Below, one piece after another: positions 55,702 through 64,000 of a stretch of 64,000 nucleotides of DNA. Location of the stretch: the NCBI GenBank assembly GCA_964291495.2, contig OZ219872.1, positions 32,001 through 96,000 on the forward strand. The letters are read 5' to 3'. Both the position numbers and the translations under genes were made by a program. The stretch's first letter is position 1. Every line of letters begins with the position of its first letter. The DNA is from Dehalococcoidia bacterium. Lineage in GTDB: Bacteria; Chloroflexota; Dehalococcoidia; UBA2979. The notes below the pieces were generated by a model that saw only the letters and a program-made list of their open reading frames with translations, was not told the origin of the DNA and searched no databases.

Positions 55702-56793
55702 CTAGAACTCGATGATCGAGCGGCCGGCGATCTCGCCGCGGCGCAGGCGCTCCGTGGCGTCGTTGATGTCGTCGAGGGCGACGCGCTCGCTGACCAGCAG
55801 ATCGAGGTCGAGCATTCCCTCCTTGTGCCAGCGGATGAACTCCGGGAAGTCGCGATCGGGGCGGCAGGAGCCGCCGTACGAGCCGATGAAGCGCTTCTCG
55901 CCTCGCAGGATGTCGAGCATGTTCAGCGAGGCCTCGCCGTCCGGGACGCCGACCAGCACCGCCGTGCCGCCGCGCGTGTTCGTGATGTCGCCGGGCCGCA
56001 CCGCCTCGGCGATCTGGTGCATCGTGATCTCCTTGCCGATGCAGTCGAAGGCGAACTCCAGCCCGCTCGTCGGCTGGTTGAACCAGTTCGTCGTGCCCGG
56101 CCCCGTCAGCTCGCCGATCGCCGTCACCGCGTCGCGCTCGGCGGCGTTCACGCCGATCGTCGCGCCGAAGCGCTTCGCCAGCTCCAGCTTCGCGTCGTCG
56201 AGGTCGACGGCGATGATCGGGTCGGCCTCGCGCACGGCGAGCGCGCTGATCGCCGACAGCCCGACGCCGCCGACGCCGAAGACGGCGGCGGACTGGCCAC
56301 GCCGCACGTTCGCCGTGTTGAGCACGGCGCCCGCGCCCGTCATCACGGCGCAGCCGATGATGCTGGTGACGTCGCGCGCCACGTCGTCGGGCACGCGCAC
56401 GACGTACTCCTGGCGGGCGAGGGTGTGCTCCGACCAGGTGTAGATGGCCCGCGCGATGTTCTCGCCTCGCCAGCGGATCTCGCCCGTGAGCTGCGCCGGC
56501 TGGCCGTCGCCGGGCGAGGCGTCGCGCGGGATCCAGGTGAGGAAGACGATGTCGCCGGGCGCGACGTGGTCGACGTCCGCGCCGACCGCGACGACCTCGC
56601 TCGTCGCCTCGTGGCCGAGCATGAAGGGGCCGGGCACGGCGCGCGGGCCGTGCATCTGGTGCAGCTGCGAGTGGCAGATGCCGGAGGCGAAGTTTCGCAC
56701 CAGCACCTCGCCCGGGCCCGGCTCGCCGTACTCGACATCCTCGACGAGGAGTGGCTGGCCCGGCTCGGTGAAGATCGCGGCTTTCGACTGCAT
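55702..56793 (-). CDS. Zn-dependent alcohol dehydrogenase lacking the structural-Zn cysteines
   Basis: AAGGAG SD, ATG 56793; CHSQLH, GHEAT, GCAVMTG, GVGGVG. Confidence 0.9.
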   Translation of the reverse strand: MQSKAAIFTEPGQPLLVEDVEYGEPGPGEVLVRNFASGICHSQLHQMHGPRAVPGPFMLGHEATSEVVAVGADVDHVAPGDIVFLTWIPRDASPGDGQPAQLTGEIRWRGENIARAIYTWSEHTLARQEYVVRVPDDVARDVTSIIGCAVMTGAGAVLNTANVRRGQSAAVFGVGGVGLSAISALAVREADPIIAVDLDDAKLELAKRFGATIGVNAAERDAVTAIGELTGPGTTNWFNQPTSGLEFAFDCIGKEITMHQIAEAVRPGDITNTRGGTAVLVGVPDGEASLNMLDILRGEKRFIGSYGGSCRPDRDFPEFIRWHKEGMLDLDLLVSERVALDDINDATERLRRGEIAGRSIIEF

Positions 56794-56998
56794 CTCGCGG
56801 CTCCTTCGCGCTGCGCCGCCGCGCCCGGCGGCGGCGGGCGGCGAAGTCCGGTATAGCACGACTCGCCGCGGCGCGGGCGGGCGGGGGGCGATGCCCTCCA
56901 CCCCCTGTTCGCATGGCGAAATCCCGTGTCGAGCGGGCCGGTCCCCTCCCCTCCCCGGTGGGCGCGGCGCGGCGCTCGGGGCGAGGAGGCGCCGTGCG

Positions 56999-57027
56999 TT
57001 GCCCCTCCCCGGCTCGTCGTGTAGGGT
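56999..57027 (+). promoter_or_regulatory. Putative sigma70 promoter of crotonase paralog C
   Basis: TTGCCC-17-TAGGGT. Confidence 0.45.
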
Positions 57028-57143
57028 GCGGGCCGGTCGCGGAGTGTTCGGGCACGCCGCCGTTTCGATTGGCGCCCGGACCCGCGGCGAGAGACAGCGC
57101 ACGAGCATCACCAGAGACGCGGGAACGAGAACAGGGAGCGCAG

Positions 57144-57932
57144 ATGGCCTACGAGGCAGAGTACGTCAAGTACGAGGTGGACGGGCACGTCGCCAACATC
57201 ATCATGAACCGGCCCGAGCGGCTCAACGCCTTCGGGGAGCAGATGGGCGACGAGCTCGGCGGCGCCTGGATGGAGGCGATGGCCGACGACAACGTGCGCT
57301 GCATCGTGCTCAGCGCCGAGGGCCGCATCTTCTGCGCCGGCCGCGACATCCGCGAGCAGGCCGAACGGGGCGGCAACACCATGGGCGCCCGCGGGCCCTC
57401 CCGCGCCGAGATCTTCGGCCTCTACCTGGTGCCGGAGACGGACAAGCCGATCATCTCCGCCGTGCAGGGCGGCGCCTGGGGCGCCGGCTGGTACATGTGC
57501 TGCGGCTCCGACATCGTGGTCTCCGCGGACAACGCCCGCTTCGCCATGTCCGAGCTGCCGACGGGCATCATCGGCCCGGCGTTCGTGCCGATCCTCAACA
57601 ACCTGCCCTGGCTGCCCGGCTCCGAGATCGTGCTGCGCGGCCACCAGATCTCGGCGCAGCGCGCCTACGAGCTCGGCCTCGTCAACCACGTCGTCGCGCC
57701 CGAGGACATCATGAGCACCGCGATGGAACTGGCCCAGGAGATCGCCGGCCTGCCGCCGGTCCACGTCCAGGTCACGAAGCAGCAGCTGATGATGGCGCGC
57801 CCACGGCCGGACAGCTACCAGTTCGGCATCTCGTTCCCGCAGGCGATGGGCGGCCTGATGAAGCTCGACGACACGCGGGAGGCCGCGGCCGCCTTCGCGG
57901 AGAAGCGCCAGCCGATCTTCCACGGCCGCTAG
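57144..57932 (+). CDS. Crotonase family, paralog C
   Basis: AGGGAG SD, ATG 57144 (MAYEAEY, aligns with paralog B); same motifs. Confidence 0.92.
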   Translation: MAYEAEYVKYEVDGHVANIIMNRPERLNAFGEQMGDELGGAWMEAMADDNVRCIVLSAEGRIFCAGRDIREQAERGGNTMGARGPSRAEIFGLYLVPETDKPIISAVQGGAWGAGWYMCCGSDIVVSADNARFAMSELPTGIIGPAFVPILNNLPWLPGSEIVLRGHQISAQRAYELGLVNHVVAPEDIMSTAMELAQEIAGLPPVHVQVTKQQLMMARPRPDSYQFGISFPQAMGGLMKLDDTREAAAAFAEKRQPIFHGR

Positions 57933-57953
57933 GCCCGCGAGGATCCGGACAGC

Positions 57954-57988
57954 ACGCCGGGCGGCCCGGGCCGCCCGGCGTTTTGTTG
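57954..57988 (+). terminator. Intrinsic terminator
   Basis: ACGCCGGGCGGCC/GGCCGCCCGGCGT stem followed by TTTGTT. Confidence 0.85.
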
Positions 57989-58094
57989 TCCGCCGCCTGC
58001 CGCTGCCCCGTAGGCGGCCTCGCGCTACAATCTGCCGCGTTGCGCGCGCCTCCCGCACGTGCGAACCACTCACTGGACGGCGGAAGGTGAGCCA

Positions 58095-59612
58095 ATGAGC
58101 GACGCGCCCGCGATCAGCGCCGAGCACCCGCTGGAGCCGATCCTCCACCCGCGATCGATCGCGATCGTCGGCGTCCCGCGCGAGGTCAACAACCCGCGCG
58201 GCGGCGGCTTCCTGCTCGCCCTGCTCGACCAGGGCTTCGAGCAGGAGAAGCCGCTCTACCTCGTCAACCCCAACGCCGACGAGATCCAGGGCCTGCCCTG
58301 CTACCCCTCGCTGCTCGACACCCCCGGCCCCGTCGATCACGTCATCTCGAGCGTGCCCGCGCGCGCCGTCGAGGGGCTGATCGAGCAGGCCATCGAGAAG
58401 GGCGTGCGCTCGATCCACTTCTACACCGCCGGCTTCGCCGAGATCGGCGACCCCGAGTTGGCGGAGTTGCAGGATCGGCTGATGGCGAGGGCGGTCGACG
58501 CCGGCATCCGCGTGATCGGCCCCAACTGCATGGGCCTCTACGTCCCCGCCGAGAAGATCGCCTTCCAGAACGGCTTCCCCTCCGAGCCGGGGAACGTGAT
58601 GGCGATCTCTCAGTCCGGCGGCAACGCGATGGACATCATCTTCGGGCTCGCCCTGCGCGGCGTGCGCTTCTCCAAGCTCGTCTCCTTCGGCAACGCCGCC
58701 GACGTCGCCGCGCCCGAGCTGTTCGACTACGCGGCGAGCGATCCCGACACCGAGTACGTGATCTCCTACCTCGAGGGCGCCGACGGCGGCCGCGAGCTGT
58801 TCGAGGCGGTGCGGCGCTGCGCGCGCGTCAAGCCGACGATCATCCTCAAGGGCGGCCTCACCGCCGCCGGCGCGCGCGCCGCCAACTCGCACACCGGGTC
58901 GCTCGCCGGCTCGCGCGACGTCTTCGAGGCGATGTGCCGCCAGACCGGCGCGATCCGCGCCTCGACGATGACCGAGCTGCACGATCTGCTGATCGGCGTC
59001 AGCACCAACCTGCGCCACGTCCGGGGCCCGCGCGCGATGATGGTCGGCGGCGGCGGCGGCTTCTCCGTCCTCGCCGCCGACGCGATGGCCAACGTCGGCG
59101 TCGACCTCCCGGAGCTGGCCGAGCAGACGACCGCCGAGCTGCGGCGCCTCATGCCCATCGCCGGCAACAGCATCCGCAACCCGATCGACGCCAGCCACTT
59201 CCACTCCGGCGACGCCCGCGAGGACTCGCTGCGCGAGGTGCTGCGCGTCGCCGCCCACGCGCCGGATGTCGACGCGCTGTTCGTCACCACCGGCAGCGCG
59301 CCGAGCTGGATCGACCCGCCCGCGCCGGGCGCGAAGCCCGACCCGGAGCGCGAGCGGCGCCGCGCCGAGCGCCGCCTGCTCGCCGAGAAGCAGTCGATGC
59401 AGGACCTGATCGACCTCCAGGCCGAGGCCGAGCGCCCCGTGATCGGCGTGCGCCGCGCCCGCGGCGTCGAGCGCTGGCTCGCCGACGAGGTGCTGGAGCT
59501 CGCCTACGAGCACGGCCTCGCCGTCTTCCCCTCGCTGCCGCGCGCCGCCCGCACCGTCGGCCGCCTGCTCGAATGGCGAGAGCGCCGCGAGGGCCTCCCG
59601 GAGCTGTTCTGA
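58095..59612 (+). CDS. CoA-binding protein, ADP-forming acyl-CoA synthetase alpha-subunit-like (paralog of 31876)
   Basis: IAIVGV, YLVNP, IGPNCMG, SQSGG, SHTGSLAG, NPID, shared LLEWR.RREGLPELF end; TACAAT -10 at 58026. Confidence 0.88.
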   Translation: MSDAPAISAEHPLEPILHPRSIAIVGVPREVNNPRGGGFLLALLDQGFEQEKPLYLVNPNADEIQGLPCYPSLLDTPGPVDHVISSVPARAVEGLIEQAIEKGVRSIHFYTAGFAEIGDPELAELQDRLMARAVDAGIRVIGPNCMGLYVPAEKIAFQNGFPSEPGNVMAISQSGGNAMDIIFGLALRGVRFSKLVSFGNAADVAAPELFDYAASDPDTEYVISYLEGADGGRELFEAVRRCARVKPTIILKGGLTAAGARAANSHTGSLAGSRDVFEAMCRQTGAIRASTMTELHDLLIGVSTNLRHVRGPRAMMVGGGGGFSVLAADAMANVGVDLPELAEQTTAELRRLMPIAGNSIRNPIDASHFHSGDAREDSLREVLRVAAHAPDVDALFVTTGSAPSWIDPPAPGAKPDPERERRRAERRLLAEKQSMQDLIDLQAEAERPVIGVRRARGVERWLADEVLELAYEHGLAVFPSLPRAARTVGRLLEWRERREGLPELF

Positions 59613-59637
59613 TCGTTCTCCCGCCCCGATCCCTCCG

Positions 59638-60552
59638 ATGACCGCCGCCGCCCCGCTGCTCGTCGGCCAGTCGCTCGAGCTGTGGCGCGAGCCGCTCGCC
59701 GGGGCGCTGCGCCGCCGCGACCCGCGGCCGCTGGCCGCCCGCGCCCGCCGCCAGCTCGAGGCCGCGAGCGACGCCGGCCTCGAGCGCGTCGCCCTCGACC
59801 TCAATCGCGGCCTCGGCGACGGCGAGCCGCCCGCGCGCCTCGCGAACGACCTCGCCTGGGCGGCTGCGGCTGTGCGCGGCGCCGCGCCGGGCGTCGCGCT
59901 CTGGCTCGACTGCGGCAGCCACGAGGCGCTGACGGCGGTGCTGGCGGAGATCCCGCCGCCCGTCACCGTCAACGCCGTCTTCCCCGGCCGCCCCGGCGCA
60001 CACGAGCTGCTCGCCGCCGCCGCACGGACCGGCGCGGGCGTCGTCGTCTCGCCGGCCGGGAGCGCCGCCGCCGACCTCGCCGGCCTGCTGCGCGAGGCGG
60101 AGCGGGCGCGCGCCCTGCTCGCCGGGGCGGGACTCGCCGAGGCCTGGTTCGACTGTCTCGCCGCGCCCCCGCCCGCGCCGCCAAGCCGTGCGCTCGACCT
60201 CGTGCGCGCGCTCGCCTCCGCGGGCGCCGCGACGCCGCGGCTGCGGCCGCTGCTGGCGGCGGGCAACGTCGCGCACCTCCCCGGCGCGACGCCCGCGCTG
60301 CGCGACGCCCTGCGCGCCCTCTACGCCGCCGCCGCCCGCGGCGCGGGCGTCGCGGCGCTGATCGCGCCGCTCGAGCAGCCCTCGCTGCTCGCCGCCGCCT
60401 CCGGCGGGCCGCCGCCCGGCGACCCCATCGGACGCTGGCTGCACGACGCCGCCGAGGCGTCCGCACGCGGCGAGCCGCCCTCGAGGCCGGACGCGTCGCT
60501 CGCGGCGTCGCAGCCCGAGTTGGAACAGGCCCGGGAGTTGCTGTTCGGCTAG
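59638..60552 (+). CDS. Divergent pterin-binding TIM-barrel protein, AcsE/MeTr (methyl-THF:corrinoid methyltransferase)-like
   Basis: Motifs in the same order as Moorella AcsE as I recall it: LLVGQ, ALRRRDPRPL...ARRQ, ALDLN.G, LWLDC, VNA, WFDCL, GNVA. Confidence 0.65.
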   Translation: MTAAAPLLVGQSLELWREPLAGALRRRDPRPLAARARRQLEAASDAGLERVALDLNRGLGDGEPPARLANDLAWAAAAVRGAAPGVALWLDCGSHEALTAVLAEIPPPVTVNAVFPGRPGAHELLAAAARTGAGVVVSPAGSAAADLAGLLREAERARALLAGAGLAEAWFDCLAAPPPAPPSRALDLVRALASAGAATPRLRPLLAAGNVAHLPGATPALRDALRALYAAAARGAGVAALIAPLEQPSLLAAASGGPPPGDPIGRWLHDAAEASARGEPPSRPDASLAASQPELEQARELLFG

Positions 60553-60559
60553 TTCGGCC

Positions 60560-62338
60560 TCAGGACCGCCCGAAGGAGCGGCGCAGCTGCTCGCGGCTGA
60601 GGTGCAGCAGGGTCGGGCGGCCGTGCGGGCACGTCTGCGGCAGCGCGCAGCGCTCGAGCGCGGCCAGCAGCGCGCGCTGCTCCGCCTCGCTCACGCGATC
60701 GCCCGCGCGGATCGCCGCGCGGCAGGCGAGGCTCGCCGCCGTGCGGTCCGGCCCCGAGAGCCGCTCGTCCGCCTCCATGCGATCGAGCAGCTCCGCCAGC
60801 GCCTTGCCCGGATCCCCCTCGCCCAGCAGCGCCGGCAGCGCGCGCACGATCAGCGCCGCGTCGTCGGTCGCCTCCAGCACCCAGCCGAGCGCGGCCAGCG
60901 TCTCCGCCTCGGCCGCGGCGAGCGCCGCCTGCGAGGCGCTGAGCGGCGCGACCACGGCCTGCAGCAGCGGCTGCGCGGCGACCTCCCCGGCCGCGAGCTG
61001 CGCGCGCACACGCTCGTAGAGCACGCGCTCGTGCGCCGCGTGCTGGTCGACGAGGCAGAGCCCGTCCGGCGCCTCGGCCACGAGGAAGGTCTCGTCGATC
61101 TGCCCGAGCGGGCGCAGCGCCGGCAGCCGCTCGCCGAGCGGCAGCTCCGGGCGCGCCGCCACCTCCTCGCGAGGCTCGGCCGGGCGCGCCGAGCGCAGCA
61201 ACGCCCCGGCCGACGGCGGGGGCGCCGCCGCCGGGAGACCCGGCGCGGTCCAGGGCGCGCTCGTGCTCGCCGCGAGCGGCGGCGGGCCCTCGGGCGCGGG
61301 CGCGCCGGCGAGGGCGGCCCGCAGCGCCGCGCCCACGGCGCGCGCCACCGCCCGCTCGTCGCGGAAGCGCACCTCGGCCTTCGTCGGGTGCACGTTGACG
61401 TCGATCAGCTCCGGCGGCAGCTCGATTCGCAGCAGCCCGAGCGGGTGCCGCCCAACCGGCAGCAGCCCCTCGTAGGCGCGCTCGACGGCGAAGGTCAGCG
61501 CGCGGTCGAGGATCGCGCGCCCGTTCGCCACGAGGTGCAGCGCGCCGCGGTTGCCGCGGTGCAGCGCGGGCGGCCCCGCCAGCCCGCTCACCCGCAGCAC
61601 GCCGCCCTCGACCGGCTCGCGATGATCGAGCGCCAGCAGCGCCGCAGCCGAGTCGGCGTCGTAGACGGCCGCCCACGCCGACCGCGCCTCGCCGTCGCCG
61701 GGGCTGGCCAGCGCCGCGCGTCCGTCCAGCTCGAGCCGGAAGGCGACCGCCGGGTAGGCGAGCGCGTAGTCCTCGAGCACGCGCGTCACCGCCCGCGCCT
61801 CGGCGCGCGGCGAGCGCAGGAAGGCGCGCCGCGCCGGCAGCGCCGCGAACAGCTCGCGCACCTCGATGCTCGTCCCCGGTGCGCCCGCGGCGCTGCCCTG
61901 CGCCGCCGGCCGCCCGCCCCGGTAGCGCGCGGTCGCCGCCGCCGACTCGCCTGTGACGCGCGTCGTGCAATCCACCTCGGCCGCCGCGACGATCGCCGCC
62001 AGCGCCTCGCCGCGGAAGCCGAGCGAGCGCACCGCGAACAGTTCCTCCGCGCGGCGCAGCTTCGAGGTCGCGTGCCGCTCGAAGGCGTCGGCGAGCTGAT
62101 CGGCGGGAATCCCGCAGCCGTCGTCGCGCACGCGGATGCGATCGATCCCGCCGCTCTCGACGGCGACCTCGATCCGCCCCGCCCCGGCGTCGAGCGCGTT
62201 CTCGATCAGCTCCTTGACGATCGAGGCGGGCCGCTCGATCACCTCGCCCGCCGCGATCCGCGCCGCCGCCTCGGGCGGCAGCAGCCGGATCGGCGCGCGC
62301 CGCGCGGCAGCAGACGGCGCGGCGGCCTCGGTCGTCAC
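60560..62338 (-). CDS. mutL: DNA mismatch repair endonuclease MutL
   Basis: IAAGEVIERPASIVKELIENALDAGA, LGFRGEAL, DVNVHPTK, DQHAAHERVLYE, ACR, CPHGRP. Confidence 0.97.
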   Translation of the reverse strand: MTTEAAAPSAAARRAPIRLLPPEAAARIAAGEVIERPASIVKELIENALDAGAGRIEVAVESGGIDRIRVRDDGCGIPADQLADAFERHATSKLRRAEELFAVRSLGFRGEALAAIVAAAEVDCTTRVTGESAAATARYRGGRPAAQGSAAGAPGTSIEVRELFAALPARRAFLRSPRAEARAVTRVLEDYALAYPAVAFRLELDGRAALASPGDGEARSAWAAVYDADSAAALLALDHREPVEGGVLRVSGLAGPPALHRGNRGALHLVANGRAILDRALTFAVERAYEGLLPVGRHPLGLLRIELPPELIDVNVHPTKAEVRFRDERAVARAVGAALRAALAGAPAPEGPPPLAASTSAPWTAPGLPAAAPPPSAGALLRSARPAEPREEVAARPELPLGERLPALRPLGQIDETFLVAEAPDGLCLVDQHAAHERVLYERVRAQLAAGEVAAQPLLQAVVAPLSASQAALAAAEAETLAALGWVLEATDDAALIVRALPALLGEGDPGKALAELLDRMEADERLSGPDRTAASLACRAAIRAGDRVSEAEQRALLAALERCALPQTCPHGRPTLLHLSREQLRRSFGRS

Positions 62339-62342
62339 CCGC

Positions 62343-64000
62343 CTAGCCCTCCACGCCGAGCCGCGCCCGCGCGGCCGCGCGCAGCTCGTAGAGCCGCTGC
62401 AGCGCCTCGAGCGGGCTCAGCTCGTCCGGCTCGAGCGCCGCCACTTCCTCGGTCAGCGCGTCGGGCGGCGTCGCCAGCAGCGGCAGCTGCCCGGCGGCCG
62501 GCGACTCTGCCGGTGCATCCGCCAGGCTGGCGCCCCCCCAGTCCGCGCCCTGCGGCGCGGCCTCGAGCTGCGCGAGCAGCTCGCGCGCCCGCGAGACGAC
62601 CGCGCGCGGCAGCCCGGCCAGCGCCGCGACGTGCACGCCGTAGGCGCGATCGGCCGCGCCGTCCTCGATGCGATGCAGGAAGACCAGCTCGCCGCCCTGC
62701 TCGGCGACCGCGACGGCGCGGTTGGCGACTCGGGGCAGCAGCCCGGCCAGCGCCGTCAGCTCGCGGTAGTGGGTCGCGAACAGCGTGCGCGGCGCGCCGC
62801 CCGGGCGGTGGTGCAGCGCCTCCACCACCGCGCGCGCGATCGCCAGCCCGTCGCGCGTCGAGGTGCCGCGCCCGATCTCGTCGAGCAGCACCAGCGATCG
62901 CTCGCTCGCGCGGTGCAGGATCTGCGCCGTCTCCACCATCTCCAGCATGAACGTCGAGCGCCCGCCCGCGAGGTCGTCGTGCGCCCCCACGCGCGTGAAG
63001 ATCGCGTCGACCATCCCGATCTCGGCGCGCGCCGCCGGCACGTAGCTGCCGCACTGCGCGAGCAGCACGATCAGCGCCGTCTGCCGCAGGTAGGTCGACT
63101 TGCCCCCCATGTTCGGCCCCGTCAGCACGACGATCCCGGCGTCCTCGCCGAGACTCAGGTCGTTGGGCACGAACGCGCCCGGCTCGAGCCGCCGCTCGAC
63201 CACCGGGTGCCGCCCCTCCTCGATCACGATCGGCCCCGCCGGACGCAGCACGGGACGCGCGTAGCCGCCGTCGGCGGCCAGCTCCGCCAGCGTGGCGGCG
63301 ACGTCCAGCCGCGCCAGCGCCGCCGCCGCGCGCTCGATCGCCGGGCCCGCCGCCGCGACCTGCTCGCAGAGCCGCGCCAGCGCCGCCCGCTCCGCCTCGA
63401 CGAGCCGCTCCTTCGCGCCGAGGATGCGATCCTCGAGCTCGCTCAGCGGGCGGTAGCGGAAGCGCTGCGCGTTCGCCAGCGTCTGGCGCGGCTCGTACTC
63501 CGGCGGCGCCTGTCCGGCCTGCGTCCGCGGCAGCTCCAGGTAGTAGCCGAAGACCCGGTGGTAGCCGACCTTGAGGCTGCGCAGCCCGCTGCGCTCGCGC
63601 TCCGCCGCCTCGAGCGCCGCGAGCGCCCCGCGCGCGTCGGCGGCGACCGCCCGCAGCGCGTCCAGCTCGGCGTCCGCCCCCGCCCGCAGCGACTCGCCCT
63701 CGCCGGCCTCGGGCGGATCGTCGGCGAGCGCCGCGGCCAGCGCCCCGGCCGTCTCGCCGGTGCCGCCCAGCTCCGAGGCGAGCGGCGCCGCCGCGCCCCC
63801 CGCCGCTCGCGCCTGCTCGGCCAGCTCCGGCAGCCGCTCGAGGCCGCGCCGCAGCTGCAGCAGCTGGCGCGGCCCCGCGCTGCCCGCCCGCACGCGCCCG
63901 AGCAGCCGCTCGATGTCCGGCAGCCCGCGCAGCGCGCGCCGCAGCGCCGCCCGCGCCAGCGGCGCCTCCAGCCAGGCCGCGACCTCGTCGAGCCGCGCCT
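62343..64000 (-). CDS. mutS: DNA mismatch repair protein MutS, C-terminal part; starts outside the window
   Basis: GRHPVVE, TGPNMGGKSTYLRQ, IFTRVGA.DDL..GRSTFMLEM, DEIGRGTST.DG, FATHY. Confidence 0.97.
   Translation of the reverse strand, partial: ARLDEVAAWLEAPLARAALRRALRGLPDIERLLGRVRAGSAGPRQLLQLRRGLERLPELAEQARAAGGAAAPLASELGGTGETAGALAAALADDPPEAGEGESLRAGADAELDALRAVAADARGALAALEAAERERSGLRSLKVGYHRVFGYYLELPRTQAGQAPPEYEPRQTLANAQRFRYRPLSELEDRILGAKERLVEAERAALARLCEQVAAAGPAIERAAAALARLDVAATLAELAADGGYARPVLRPAGPIVIEEGRHPVVERRLEPGAFVPNDLSLGEDAGIVVLTGPNMGGKSTYLRQTALIVLLAQCGSYVPAARAEIGMVDAIFTRVGAHDDLAGGRSTFMLEMVETAQILHRASERSLVLLDEIGRGTSTRDGLAIARAVVEALHHRPGGAPRTLFATHYRELTALAGLLPRVANRAVAVAEQGGELVFLHRIEDGAADRAYGVHVAALAGLPRAVVSRARELLAQLEAAPQGADWGGASLADAPAESPAAGQLPLLATPPDALTEEVAALEPDELSPLEALQRLYELRAAARARLGVEG

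Noticed and set aside
56880-56960. G/C-run segment as a further BoxC/REP copy
   Set aside because: Only partial similarity (CCGGTCCCCTCCCCTCCCC) and no matching GGGAGAGGG arm; too degenerate to call

Overview
A very GC-rich, gene-dense bacterial chromosome segment. The gene content suggests Chloroflexota/Dehalococcoidia (SAR202- or Tepidiformia-like); this is an inference from the many paralogous acyl-CoA dehydrogenases, family III CoA-transferases, crotonases, an LLM monooxygenase and alpha-only acyl-CoA ligases. Left to right: the 5' end of a Mur ligase; a CutRS-like two-component system divergent from a MacAB-type ABC exporter whose adaptor has a symmetrically repeat-extended coiled coil; three tandem unknown 4-TM paralogs; a cobalamin riboswitch with btuFCD-cobO-cbiB-cobD-cobQ and a PHP-domain gene that has no canonical start codon; about 40 kb of catabolic enzymes interrupted by two decayed toxin-antitoxin loci, a BoxC-like inverted-repeat element and a sodN-sodX-xth operon; then a divergent AcsE-like methyl-THF methyltransferase, mutL and the 3' part of mutS. 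I saw no rRNA, tRNA, CRISPR array or transposase. All calls come from reading motifs by eye; no database search was run.
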